DNA from: Macrostomum lignano
Lineage: Eukaryota
DNA length: 64,000 nucleotides
Reading direction: 5' to 3'
Assembly: GCA_002269645.1 (NCBI GenBank)
Contig: NIVC01000110.1
Coordinates: 496,001 to 560,000 of the forward strand
Shown: one piece after another, positions 1-12,243 of the stretch
Position numbering within the stretch: the stretch's first letter is position 1
Layout of the letters: every line of letters starts with the position of its first letter
Notes under the pieces: generated by a model
Told to the model about the DNA's origin: nothing
The model's input: only the letters and a program-made list of their open reading frames with translations
The model's database searches: none
Position numbers and translations under genes: made by a program

Positions 1-576
1 TAAATGACGGATGATATGAAAATCGACTGTTTGACTTGGCTTTATACGGTGAGTTCAGCACTAACCAGGTTAACGAGCTGCGGTCTGCGATGCTCTATAG
101 CTGCAATCCCTGACTGACAAGCCGACCCAGAGGTGCACACCTCGAAAGCATTCAAGCCAGGCCCTGCGTTTGTTGGGCTATCTGGACTCGGGCAACCGAC
201 CCATGACCCTGACTTTTGAGTAGGCCATGTTTATTACGGGTGATCTTGGTAAGTGTCCCGCCTCTTACTATTGAGCCTCGGCTCAATGAGCCTGAGCCTG
301 AGGCTACGGCTCTGATTTTGGTTGGCTCTTGGATTTGGTGTCTACGGCTCTCACATTAGCCACCTCTGCTTTTCTTGGTTTGCCTGGGGATGGCCTGGGG
401 CGTATAGCCAGGATTTCCGCTTGGGTGGGGGCACGTCTCAGGGGAGCGCCAAGCCTGCTGGAAAGGGACGGCAAGGTCACCCAGCTGCATCCGGGACGGA
501 CCTCTGTCCCCTGCTGCGAAGTCAAGCAAGTAATTAAAGTGTCCGACTTTATGTTGAATCGCTCATAGGTTCTCAC

Positions 577-1935
577 CGTAGCCTTGTGTCATGATGTGTC
601 CGTTATTATACTCCACTTTCTGATCATCAGCTACAGGGCACTCGCACCGATTCTTGAGATGGATGTCATGTCCTTGGATGATGCGCAGCACATCAATATC
701 GGACTCGATGCCAGTCCTGCCATCCAAACTGCTCAGGCTGTTGCCCCAGCCGTCGGTGAAACTGCCAACCACGAAAAACGCAGAGTCGTTATGCCTCTTC
801 CTCAGGATATCCTGCAGTACATCGGCAGCAGCGCTCTGCAAGGCGGCTCTGGAGTGCACGAAGCCCGATCGTCTTAGCGCTGAGTTCAGCCGCAGACTGA
901 GCACTGCATCATTGCTTGGAGCAGCTTTGAAACAAAAAAAGAAATTGAAACGCTTAAAAGAGTTGAAAATTGAAACGCTCAAGATTTTTTACAGGAAGGC
1001 TAATTAATCTGCTCACCTTTTGTCTTTTGCAACTGTGAGCATGACCATGCGTCACCTCTTATGGTTCGGTCCAAGACTTCAGCTGCTCGAGCGCTGCCGA
1101 ACTCCCGAGCCCGATTCAATGCCAGCTGAAGTTCGTGCAGGGAGCGGTCAAGACAGGCGCATTTAAGAAGAACCTCAAGCACACCATGATGGTCATTCTG
1201 GGCTGCAATATACAGAGGCGATCTGTCATTGTTACTTTTTTGATTGACATCTGCTTGCGCATTGATGAGTGCATCAACAATCTGATAGTGGCCGTTTTGC
1301 GATGCAATGTAAACCGGTGAGCAGCCATTAACAGCCTCCCGAAGGTTGACATCGGCCTGTGCTTTGATAAGAGATTTTACAACTCTATAGTGACCATTTT
1401 CCGAAGCAATGTACAGTGGCGACTGACCAGTCTGTCTCCGCAGATCGACATCTGCTCCTCCTTTGATGAGTAATTTGACCACCTTCCGCTGCCCGTTCTG
1501 GCATGCGATGTACAGTGGTGACTGGCCCGTATTGCGAAGAAGATCAACGCTTGCTTGAGCTGCGATTAGGGACTTAACCAGATGGTGATGACCATTTCGC
1601 GATGCAACGTAGATTGGCGATTCCCCGCTTATTCGTTGAAGGTCGACGTTAGCTCCTGCTTCGATGAGACGTTCGACAACTTGACAATGACCATACTGCG
1701 ATCCGATGTACAGTGGCGAAGAGCCGGTGACTTTCTCTTGAAGATTGACATCAGCTCCGAATGTGATAAGCAAACTGACGATTGACTGATGACCATTCTG
1801 CGACGCTGTCCATAGTGGTGACTCTCCGTTGTCGTTTCGGAAATTGACGCAAGCTCCACAATGTAGAAGCGATCTGACCTGTTCGAGATGACCATCACAG
1901 GATGCAGTGAAAAGAGCTTTGCCTTCAGCTTCCAT
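577..1935 (-). CDS. Ankyrin-repeat protein spliced to a Mab-21/cGAS-like nucleotidyltransferase domain (partial gene; exons 1935-1017 and 924-577, further exons unresolved)
   Basis: About 8 ankyrin repeats (GxSPLYIASQNGH..VV..LI..GADVN). A 92-nt GTGAG...TTTCAAAG intron (1016-925) joins them in phase to an ORF with an NTase motif, VVGSFTDGWG...ESDIDV. Next donor GTGAGA at 576. Confidence 0.75.
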
Positions 1936-2288
1936 CTACATCATCATAGTACGAGTTAAGAGTACTGAAACTTTTCTCTCCGTACAACAAATAGTGCTTG
2001 AGCATGCAGACTGTAATGCTTCAGTAATTATATGCTCTGATGTGCGAGCAAAATAGACGTTAACTCTTCTCTGCACAGTTCTCGTTTTATAAGATGCCAC
2101 TTTTTCTGCTTCAATGTACGTTGCGGACGTACAGTGCGTTTCCCTTACTTGTCTACTGTACAGCTAAGCATCCCCGTACTCTCTACACTTTAATTCCCGC
2201 TCTGGACAGAAATCCTCGCTGTAGCCCTAATACAGCTTTTGCCCCCGGTCAGTTCAAAGAAGGAACTTGCTTAGAAATTAAGTTAAAG

Positions 2289-2760
2289 CATTATTCTACA
2301 TGATTCTGCATGATTCTGCATGATTCTGCATGATTCTGCATGATTCTGCATGATTCTGCAGGATTCTGCATGATTCTGCATAATTCTGCATGATTCTGCA
2401 TGATTCTGCAGGATTCTGCATGATTCTGCGTGATTCTGCAGGATTCTACATGATTGTGCATGATTCTGCATGATTCTACATGATTCTGCATGATTCTGCA
2501 TGATTCTGCATGATTCTGCATGATTCTGCATGATTCTGCATGATTCTGCATGATTCTGCATGATTCTGCATGATTCTGCATGATTCTACATGATTCTGCA
2601 TGATTCTTAATAAATCGTCATGATTCTACATGATTCTGCATGATTCTTAATAAATCGTCATGATTCTGCATGATTCTGCATGATTCTTAATAAATCGTCA
2701 TGATTCTGCATGATTCTTAATAAATCGTCATAATTCTGAATGATTGATTCTGCATGATTC
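2289..2760. repeat. 10-bp tandem repeat (TGATTCTGCA)n
   Basis: Directly visible; produces the MQNHAESCRI pseudo-ORFs. Confidence 0.95.
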
Positions 2761-3091
2761 TGTAACCATGGTATGCAACAGGACTCAGTTTTGGAATGTT
2801 GGAAAGCACTTTTGCTTCTTCTTCTTACTGTTAGTAGGCTATGTAGTGGCATTTTAAACGTTGAAAACCTATAACTTCTGTACCATTTCGGATAATGAAT
2901 TAGATTTTTAATAAAATATATCTAACCCTCAATCTTTCAATCTGATATGGCAGTGATAAGGAATCATAAGGTAGTTGTGTATATTTCTTTGTTAGAATCA
3001 ATGTAGTAAATTTTGAATTACGTCGGCAAGTAGATGTCAAAATTGAAACGCTGCGAACTCTCCGGGAAATCTCGTCAGCTTGAGTAAGGCA

Positions 3092-3658
3092 TTATGATGT
3101 TCTTATTGTCACCAAGCGAGTAACGCTCAACTCCATGGTGCCCTGCTTAGTATTGTATGTGGCGCGCGCCACGGCAATGCCTTGCATTTGCTGCTGCGAA
3201 ACGGGTGCTCGGTAACTGGTGGTAGCGACAGTGCGCACACTGCTCGGTCTGTAGGATTGAGTTGTTGGTTGAGCTGAATTGCTGGGTTGGCTCGAGTCTC
3301 TGTGATTTCTGCAGCAAGGACAGCAACAAAGACCGCAACAGATCAGCAAGCCGATTAAGACGTGGCCTAACACTCCGAATATTATGATGTAGCCTATAAC
3401 TTGGCCAGATCCTGATGCGGAGTCGGAATTATTCCTGGCTGTAGTGAGCCTCGTCTTGACAGATTTGGCCGTCGTTGTCACCGAACTACTAGAACTGGGA
3501 GCTGTCACGAACTTGAAATTCTCTAGTTGTTTTTCCGAATTTCGAGGATGCATCGTCGTAGCAGCCTGTTGTGACTTTAAGACGCTTATTGGCTGTCCTG
3601 TTGACGGACAGCTGAGCATCATCAGAACAAGTATTAGGCACGCGACTGTTCGGCTCTG
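3092..3658 (-). CDS. Exon of a single-pass type I membrane protein (signal-like segment, S/T-rich stalk, TM, Cys-rich juxtamembrane)
   Basis: ORF 3092-3622 extends upstream to hydrophobic VACLILVLMMLSCPSTG after a CTTCAG acceptor. TM is VIGYIIIFGVLGHVLIGLLICCGLCCC. Confidence 0.55.
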   Translation of the reverse strand, partial: QSRTVACLILVLMMLSCPSTGQPISVLKSQQAATTMHPRNSEKQLENFKFVTAPSSSSSVTTTAKSVKTRLTTARNNSDSASGSGQVIGYIIIFGVLGHVLIGLLICCGLCCCPCCRNHRDSSQPSNSAQPTTQSYRPSSVRTVATTSYRAPVSQQQMQGIAVARATYNTKQGTMELSVTRLVTIRTS

Positions 3659-3771
3659 AAGTGTACAAAGTTGATATAGCTTAAACTTTCCTTCAAAGGT
3701 TTTCTACGAGCGTATGAAGCTATAGATGTTTCCTATTCTTCTCATACGAAGTGAGGTTTATAAGATCTAAA

Positions 3772-4040
3772 GGGCTGTAGCCTTAGTAGTGGTTCGAGCG
3801 TCGGACTCACTGAAACAATTTACGTCCTTGAGCAAGACACTTAACTGATCTGCATTGCTTCAGTTCACCCAGCTGCAAAACGGGTGCCAGCATTATAGCT
3901 GGGGTAGTTGAGGGTGTGTGTGGCGACCCCCCCCCCCAGCATTTGCACTGAACAGCCGTACGCAGCCTTCAGATGCGGCGTGCAATAGCTGCGGTGGAAC
4001 TGTATGAATTTAGCTCTACTGTCAAGGATATAACATTAGC
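3772..4040 (+). mobile_element. tRNA-derived SINE-like repeat
   Basis: A-box-like head GGGCTGTAGCCTTAGTAGTGGTT, then CCTTGAGCAAGACACTTAAC and CACCCAGCTG..AACGGGTGCC, resembling conserved CORE/Deu-type SINE cores (recognition only). Confidence 0.45.
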
Positions 4041-6200
4041 TTACTAAGGAATAAACTATGACTAACAATGACATGCGAGAAGTGCGAGAAGTGCGCCAAC
4101 AAACTCACATTTATTAATTGAAGCATCTTACGAGCTGGGCACCTGTAGAGTGTAAGAATTACAGACAGTCAAATGTTTGTTTTCAGTGTTTATAAATACC
4201 GCAAGCTGCTTTTTCTAGCAAAATTGGCAATCAACACGCACAGAGGTGCAATACCTGATACAGCTGAGCTGTTCGAACCAGGACTCTCTGCATGGGCCTA
4301 TAAAAGACATTGAATCAAAATATTTTGCATGGCATACACTGTGTTATCTATACATAGATAGAGCTTGCTTCACAACTCGTAAACGCGGATGCTATGGTTG
4401 AGTTACTGGTAAGAACTGTACACCAATGTGCAGTCTTTTTAGGACCGCGTTTCTCGGTTTCGCTTTCTAAGATATCAAATCTTTCGTGCAGATAGATTAG
4501 CTGTGTGGGATACTCGTAGAATAAAAGTTGCGTTTTGCATTGAAGTCGATCGAGTTGCAAACTGAAGTGGAAAAATATAGAAGCTTTTATCTTTTGTAGG
4601 AGACACCTTTTGTAGCAGAATACCCATGCATGAAAAAAAGTATTCCATGAATTAGCTGGTTGAGTTTTCGTACGCTCGTACAGAATTGGAACATCCTGGT
4701 TCTAAACATCCTTGTTCTTGCATGTCATATCTAATACCGATAGCTAAATAAAATTTTAGACCTGAAAAGGTATATAGAACTATGTCTTCTTACAAATTAA
4801 AATTCTTACACTTGATGTTACATTTTCTCTTCACAGTTTTAAGACGACTTTCTGAAAAATACTTTAAACACATGAACTCTGAAATCTATAAGAGCTTCTA
4901 TGGCGATCCATGAGAATCCGGAAGACACCTGACCGCCTGGGGATATGATTGACTATAATGCGGAGGAATGTGGCAAAGTGCCACTGGACTAGTAAGTCTG
5001 GGGGTAGCTTGGGCGCAAAGATTATACTTCGAAGTACACTCAGCAACATTGAAAAGTTTCCACCCTCGCGCCAGCCGGTATATATAGAGTTTCAGAACTG
5101 GTTTTTGTCGCCAGACTTGTGCCGTAGACGATTGATGATTTCGTCAACATGCACTTGGGCCATAGACAAAAACTTGGGTCCTAGACGCCAGACAGGTCGA
5201 AGGAAACAGTCACATGGAACAGACAGCAGCAGCTTACTGAGTCTAAAATCCACGTTCGCTACCGGACGCGCAAAATCAACTACTAAACTCAATTTCGTCA
5301 GTAGTCTCTGCAGTGCATGCATCATTCTTAGTTTGATTGAGTAGTTTTTTATTAAATTCCTGAGAAGTTCTATTGAATTCTCAAAAAATAGCGTCTATGT
5401 CCCTAAGCTACTGAACTCAAATTTATAAGTAACCCATGTCGGCTTTTTCGCACAAGTGACAAAAAAACAGCGGTCGCACTTTCCCAATTTACCGCAATAG
5501 TGGGGATGATGATCAGGGAAGGCTGAGATGGTTGGTAATGAATAATCACACGTATAACGACGTACTCTGAAGTACTTTATTCAGTCGTCCAATAAGTTAA
5601 CGGTGTATACGTCGACAGTTATCAAAACCGCAAATTCGAAACTTTCGAAATTAAAATAAAAGGATCTTGGTCTCAATCAGAATCGTTATAAACCCAGCTG
5701 TATCGATGAAAACCAGCAAACTGCAGCGTCCAATATTTATGCATTGAAACGTGCTTTTGATGTTAAAATGTCAAATACAAACAGTTAACGGTAAGCTACG
5801 AGTAAAACAAAACTATATGAAACAATTTGATTGTAAAAACACTATAAATAACCTCAGATAGGTTAGGCTACAGACTCTGTCTGCAGAGACTCCAGACTCA
5901 GACCAGTACAGACTCTAGAGGTTCGGGTGGTTCCGGAAAGACCAGCGGCTGATTTGTATCATTCGCGCTAGGATACAATCGGGGCTTTTGATCACGTCGA
6001 TGCAGCACGAATATGGCAACAGCGGCTAGTAGCACAGTAGTAACAAATATTAACGAAATCAGGTTCTCTCTTGTATAGCAGGAGTCCTCTGTATAGGAAC
6101 TTGGAAATTCGAATGAACCATCTGGAACTCTGTGTGGACTTGATAAAGTTATATACTCATCGAGACTTTTACAGAAGCAATTCGCCTCCCAGGGTTGACA

Positions 6201-6485
6201 CTACTGCCACAGCGGGGAGGTCTCAACCGTTCTCAAGAAGGCTTCAACATCAAACACAGTCGCCGGCATTGACAAGTCGGCAAACTTGCAGTCTGAACAG
6301 GTGCAAGTTTTTCGATCGGTTTCCAACCAGGCCGAAATCCTCACGCTGCATTGGTGTTGGGATTGTGTTGCTATTACCCTCTTGTACATTGATTTCTTCT
6401 GCTCAGTGGGATAAAGCAGGCAGGCTAAGCAGATAAGAAGAGTGAAAATAAGTAGATGCCTCAGTTCCGTGTCGCGCAGTTTCAT
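6201..6485 (-). CDS. Possible exon of a small secreted or type II membrane protein
   Basis: 94-aa ORF with N-terminal hydrophobic stretch LLIFTLLICLACLLY and several Cys; no family recognised. Confidence 0.3.
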   Translation of the reverse strand: MKLRDTELRHLLIFTLLICLACLLYPTEQKKSMYKRVIATQSQHQCSVRISAWLETDRKTCTCSDCKFADLSMPATVFDVEAFLRTVETSPLWQ

Positions 6486-6632
6486 TTCTAAGGCTCTGAA
6501 GATTTCAAAAATACATGAAGCTTTTTTTTAAGCGATAAAATCTGTTTTGTACACCTAAGATTTGCTCAGGTATCCAAGCTTATAGGGAGTACATGTAGAT
6601 TTATTGCAAACAGATCATATGGCTGAGGTCAT

Positions 6633-8794
6633 ATATGAGTCATTTGGAATCGCTCAGTTTCTATAAGAGTCATTGGGAATCGCTCGCATGCTATAAGAGT
6701 CATTGGGAATCGCTCAGATGCTATAAGAGTCATTGGGAATCGCTCGCATGCTATAAGAGTCATTGGGAATCGCTCGCATGCTATAAGAGTCATTGGGAAT
6801 CGCTCGCATGCTAATAAGAGTCATTGGGAATCGCTCGCATGCTATAAGAGTCATTGGGAATCGCTCGCATGCTATAAGAGTCATTGGGAATCGCTCGCAT
6901 GCTAATAAGAGTCAACGGGGAATCGCTCGCATGCTATAAGAGTCATTGGGAATCGCTCGCATGCTATAAGAGTCATTGGGAATCGCTCGCATGCTATAAG
7001 AGTCATTGGGAATCGCTCGCATGCTATAAGAGTCAACGGGGAATCGCTCGCATGCTATAAGAGTCATTGGGAATCGCTCGCATGCTATAAGAGTCATTGG
7101 GAATCGCTCAGATGCTATAAGAGTCATTGGGAATCGCTCGCATGCTATAAGAGTCATTGGGAATCGCTCGCATGCTATAAGAGTCATTGGGAATCGCTCG
7201 CATGCTATAAGAGTCAACGGGGAATCGCTCGCATGCTATAAGAGTCATTGGAAATCGCTCGCATGCTATAAGAGTCAACGGGGAATCGCTCGCATGCTAT
7301 AAGAGTCATTGGGAATCGCTCGCATGCTATAAGAGTCATTGGGAATCGCTCGCATGCTATAAAAGTCAACGGGGAATCGCTCGCATGCTATAAGAGTCAT
7401 TGGGAATCGCTCGCATGCTATAAGAGTCATTGGGAATCGCTCGCATGCTATAAGAGTCATTGGGAATCGCTCGCATGCTATAAGAGTCATTGGGAATCGC
7501 TCGCATGCTATAAAAGTCAACGGGGAATCGCTCGCATGCTATAAGAGTCATTGGGAATCGCTCGCATGCTATAAGAGTCATTGGGAATCGCTCGCATGCT
7601 ATAAGAGTCATTGGGAATCGCTCGCATGCTATAAGAGTCATTGGGAATCGCTCACATGCTATAAGAGTCATTGGGAATCGCTCGCATGCTATAAGAGTCA
7701 TTGGGAATCGCTCGCATGCTATAAGAGTCATTGGGAATCGCTCAGATGCTATAAGAGTCATTGGGAATCGCTCGCATGCTATAAGAGTCATTGGGAATCG
7801 CTCGCATGCTATAAGAGTCATTGGGAATCGCTCGCATGCTATAAGAGTCATTGGGAATCGCTCGCATGCTATAAGAGTCATTGGGAATCGCTCGCATGCT
7901 ATAAGTGTCATTGGGAATCGCTCGCATGCTATAGGAGTCATTGGGAATCGCTCGCATGCTATAAGAGTCATTGGGAATCGCTCGCATGCTATAAGAGTCA
8001 ACGGGGAATCGCTCGCATGCTATAAGAGTCATTGGGAATCGCTCGCATGCTATAAGAGTCATTGGGAATCGCTCAGATGCTATAAGAGTCATTGGGAATC
8101 GCTCGCATGCTATAAGAGTCATTGGGAATCGCTCGCATGCTATAAGAGTCATTGGGAATCGCTCGCATGCTATAAGAGTCATTGGGAATCGCTCGCATGC
8201 TATAAGAGTCATTGGGAATCGCTCGCATGCTATAAGAGTCATTGGGAATCGCTCGCATGCTATAAGTGTCATTGGGAATCGCTCGCATGCTATAGGAGTC
8301 ATTGGGAATCGCTCGCATGCTATAAGAGTCATTGGGAATCGCTCGCATGCTATAAGAGTCATTGGGAATCGCTCGCATGCTATAGGAGTCATTGGGAATC
8401 GCTCGCATGCTATAGAGTCAACGGGGAATCGCTCGCATGCTATAAGAGTCATTGGGAATCGCTCGCATGCTATAAGAGTCATTGGGAATCGCTCGCATGC
8501 TATAAGAGTCATTGGGAATCGCTCGCATGCTATAAGAGTCATTGGGAATCGCTCGCATGCTATAAGAGTCATGGGGAATCGCTCAGATGCTATAAGAGTC
8601 AAGGGGAATCGCTCAGATGCTATAAGAGTCACGGGGAATCGCTCAGATGCTGTAAGAGTCACGGGGAATCGCTCAGATGCTATAAGAGTCACGGGGAATC
8701 GCTCAGATGCTGTAAGAGTCACGGGGAATCGCTCAGATGCTGTAAGAGTCACGGGGAATCGCTCAGATGCTATAAGAGTCACAGGGAATCGCTC
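6633..8794. repeat. 30-bp satellite (AAGAGTCATTGGGAATCGCTCGCATGCTAT)n
   Basis: Head-to-tail near-identical units without spacers. Confidence 0.95.
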
Positions 8795-9183
8795 TTCGAG
8801 ACAGCTTACAAAGAGAAAGTAAGAATCATTCGGTATATTTACTCACCGCCGATGTACAGTGACAGCTAAAAACGATCGCATTCGCTCTCTGAGAATTGTC
8901 TAACTTAATTTTGCTTGATATTCGTTTTCTACATGCGCACAAGCGCAAAAGCAGAAGCAGACTGGGCAGAAGAGATATCGCGCAAGCAATATTTTCATAC
9001 GAAAACTACATGTTTACATGTACAGTATTGTACACACGTAGATAATAGGTTTGAAAACCGTCAGTAAGCCGAGAAATACATGCATAATGTACGATAAGTG
9101 CATGGTTTAAAAGAGCTGTAAATGGCTTACATGATAGTGTACAGTATACCACCCGCCGCGCACTGTACGCGTGCACTCGCACA

Positions 9184-9420
9184 CAGGGCGGATTTAGAGG
9201 GGGAGCGAGGGGGCCGCCCCCCCCCCAGAAACAGCTTGACGAAACATATTGCGCCCCCCAAAAACCTAAGTTTGCGCCGTTTAAACTTGATTTTTCGCCC
9301 CTACACGCATTTTTTTGCGCCCGCCCCTAAGTTAAAAATTTGGCGCCCCTCATATTTATGTTGGCGCCCCAAAGCTGGACCGCCCGCCTCCCCGAAAATT
9401 AACTTCTCGATCCGCCATTG
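9184..9420. mobile_element. hAT-like MITE, 237 bp
   Basis: Imperfect TIRs CAGGGCGGAT / ATCCGCCATTG; 8-bp TSD CTCGCACA at 9176-9183 and 9421-9428. Confidence 0.8.
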
Positions 9421-9483
9421 CTCGCACATGTAACCATAATGATGTGCAAAATACCGCACGGCCGTCTTCCGTATTATAAGCAC

Positions 9484-9772
9484 AAGGGTGTCAGTGGAGA
9501 CATCAGGGGTGTCAGTGGATGCATCAGAGGTGTCAGTAGAGACATCAGGGGTGTCAGTGGATGCATTCAGGGCGTCAGTGGATGTATTCAGGGTGTCAGT
9601 GGATGTATTCAGGGTGTCAGTGGATGCATCAGGGGTGTCAGTGGATGCATTCAGGGCGTCAGTGGATGTATTCAGGGTGTCAGTGGATGCATCAGGGGTG
9701 TCAGTGGATGCATTCAGGGTGTCAGTGGATGCATTCAGGGTGTCAGTGGATGCATCAGGGGTGTCAGTGGAG
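9484..9772. repeat. ~21-bp minisatellite (GGGTGTCAGTGGATGCATCAG-like)
   Basis: Directly visible. Confidence 0.9.
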
Positions 9773-9818
9773 GCATAATTTCGGGGTTTGAAATAAATCA
9801 AGAAACAAAAGAAACAAT

Positions 9819-10110
9819 ATATTTTTAACAGATATGCAAGATGCACATTTAAACAAAGACCAAGTGCAACTAAATCGATTTTATTAGAAAATATTTTTAA
9901 CAGATATGCAAGATGCACATTTAAACAAAGACCAAGTGCAACTAAATCGATTTTATTAGAAAATATTTTTAACAGATATGCAGGATGCACATTTAAACAA
10001 AGACCAAGTGCAACTAAATCGATTTTATTAGAAAATATTTTTAACAGATATGCAGGATGCACATTTAAACAAAGACCAAGTGCAACTAAATCGATTTTAT
10101 TAGAAAATAT
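9819..10110. repeat. 72-bp tandem repeat, about 4 copies
   Basis: Unit ATATTTTTAACAGATATGCA...TTTTATTAGAAA; 24-aa periodicity in ORF 9301..10146. Confidence 0.9.
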
Positions 10111-10574
10111 TATTCGAATGTTTATAATAAATAAATATTCGATCAAAGAAAATTATGAAAGCAATAGAAATCAGGAAGTTTTTTGTTAATTTAAAAAACG
10201 CGACACCTGTAATTTTTATAATGCAAAGCTATAATTCGACGGAAATAACGGTCGATGTAGTTGTAAATATTTGGCGGAAATTGAGCTTTATTTTTCTAGA
10301 ATTATAAGCCCGTTACCTTGCAAAAATCGTGCGACAACAGAATAGTAAGATTTGAAATGCTTGTACTTAGCTACTTAGTAAAGTCAGTAGCCATTGGCAG
10401 GTGATAATACTTAGCTAGAAGAAAGTATGTACGGAATTTAATTATTACAACCTTCGAACTAATGGTAGCTAGTAATAAAAACTTTATTAATAGTAAAAAC
10501 CTAAATCTGACAAGCAGCTCCAAGAACAATACAAAATTACAGTGGAGATCTAGCAATCTTTTTGACAATCTCCC

Positions 10575-11150
10575 GTGGAAATCTATCAAGCAACGAGACA
10601 ATCTACTGTAGAAATCTATCAAGCAACGAGACAATCTACCCCGGAAATCTACCAAGCAACGAGACAATCTACCGTAGAAATCTACCAAGCAACGAGACAA
10701 TCTACTGTAGAAATCTATCAAGCAACGAGACAATCTACTGTAGAAATCTATCAAGCAACGAGACAATCTACTGTAGAAATCTATCAAGCAACGAGACAAT
10801 CTACTGTAGAAATCTATCAAGCAACGAGACAATCTACTGTAGAAATCTACCAAGCAACGAGACAATCTACTGTAGAAATCTATCAAGCAACGAGACAATC
10901 TACTGTAGAAATCTATCAAGCAACGAGACAATCTACTGTAGAAATCTATCAAGCAACGAGACAATCTACTGTAGAAATCTATCAAGCAACGAGACAATCT
11001 ACTGTAGAAATCTACCAAGCAACGAGACAATCTACTGTAGAAATCCACTAAGCAACGAGACAATCTACTGTAGAAATCCACTAAGCAACGAGACAATCTA
11101 CTGTAGAAATTCACTAAGCAACGAGACAATCTACTGTAGAAATCTACCAA
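10575..11150. repeat. 33-bp minisatellite (AGAAATCTATCAAGCAACGAGACAATCTACTGT)n
   Basis: Directly visible; no spacers. Confidence 0.95.
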
Positions 11151-11619
11151 TCCTTCGGACGACTGTGCTTTGAGTATAATAGAAAAAATAAAGGCAAAAA
11201 ATAAACACGAAGTTTATTTCTCTAAAGAAATAAAGCATTGTTTCGTGCATTCATAGTGCACTGTTCTGAATAAAAATAGGCTAGAAGTCTACTATGGTAA
11301 AAAAAAACATGTAGCCTGTCAAGTGTAAGAGGTACAAATTATTGATACGAATAGCAACTGTATGACAATAAATATTCGCTATAGTAACATAAGTATGCGA
11401 GTCTTAAACGACAATTAGTCATGACTTTCCATTGCCCAAAATGGGTTATATTTACACGAACGAATATCATGTTTCCCATGCGAGCACATACATAGCACGA
11501 AAATCACGTATAGGTTGTAGGATTAATACACATGTATCACTACCATGTGTTTTATGCTGGATAAGTCAGATATAAATATACACAGCAGACGAATTGAGAG
11601 AGAAGCAGGCATACACTGA

Positions 11620-11714
11620 TGGATGGATAGATTGATAGATAGAATAGATCTAGATCTAGATAGATAGATGGCTAGATAGATCGATAGCTAGATAGATCGA
11701 TAGCTAGATAGATC

Positions 11715-11755
<41 letters not shown>

Positions 11756-11784
11756 CTAGATAGATAGAAAGCTAGATTAATAGC

Positions 11785-11847
<63 letters not shown>

Positions 11848-11857
11848 ATAGATAGGC

Positions 11858-11919
<62 letters not shown>

Positions 11920-12128
11920 CTTGATAGATAGATAGCTAGATAGCTAGATAGCTAGATAGATAGAAAGCTAGATTAATAGCTAGATAGATAGATAGCTAGA
12001 TCGATAGATAGATAGATAGATAGATAGCTAGATAGCTAGATAGATAGAAAGCTAGATTAATAGCTAGATAGATAGATAGCTAGATCGATAGATAGATAGA
12101 TAGATAGATAGGTAGATAGGTAGATAGC

Positions 12129-12159
<31 letters not shown>

Positions 12160-12176
12160 GTAGATAGGTAGATAGC

Positions 12177-12234
<58 letters not shown>

Positions 12235-12240
12235 TATAGA
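11620..12240. repeat. (GATA)n microsatellite
   Basis: Directly visible. Confidence 0.95.
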
Positions 12241-12243
12241 TAA

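Noticed and set aside
4864-5344. Overlapping ORFs as a transposase or host exon
   Set aside because: No motif recognised in any frame.
6633-11150. 30-bp and 33-bp repeat arrays as CRISPR
   Set aside because: Units are head-to-tail with no unique spacers, there are no cas genes, and the context is eukaryotic.
2283-11173. Long periodic ORFs (MQNHAESCRI, MTLIACERFP, STDT, VDFYSRLSRCL) and similar ones at 49404-49963, 56456-57606 and 62267-62647
   Set aside because: Stop-free frames produced by satellites; open on several frames and strands.
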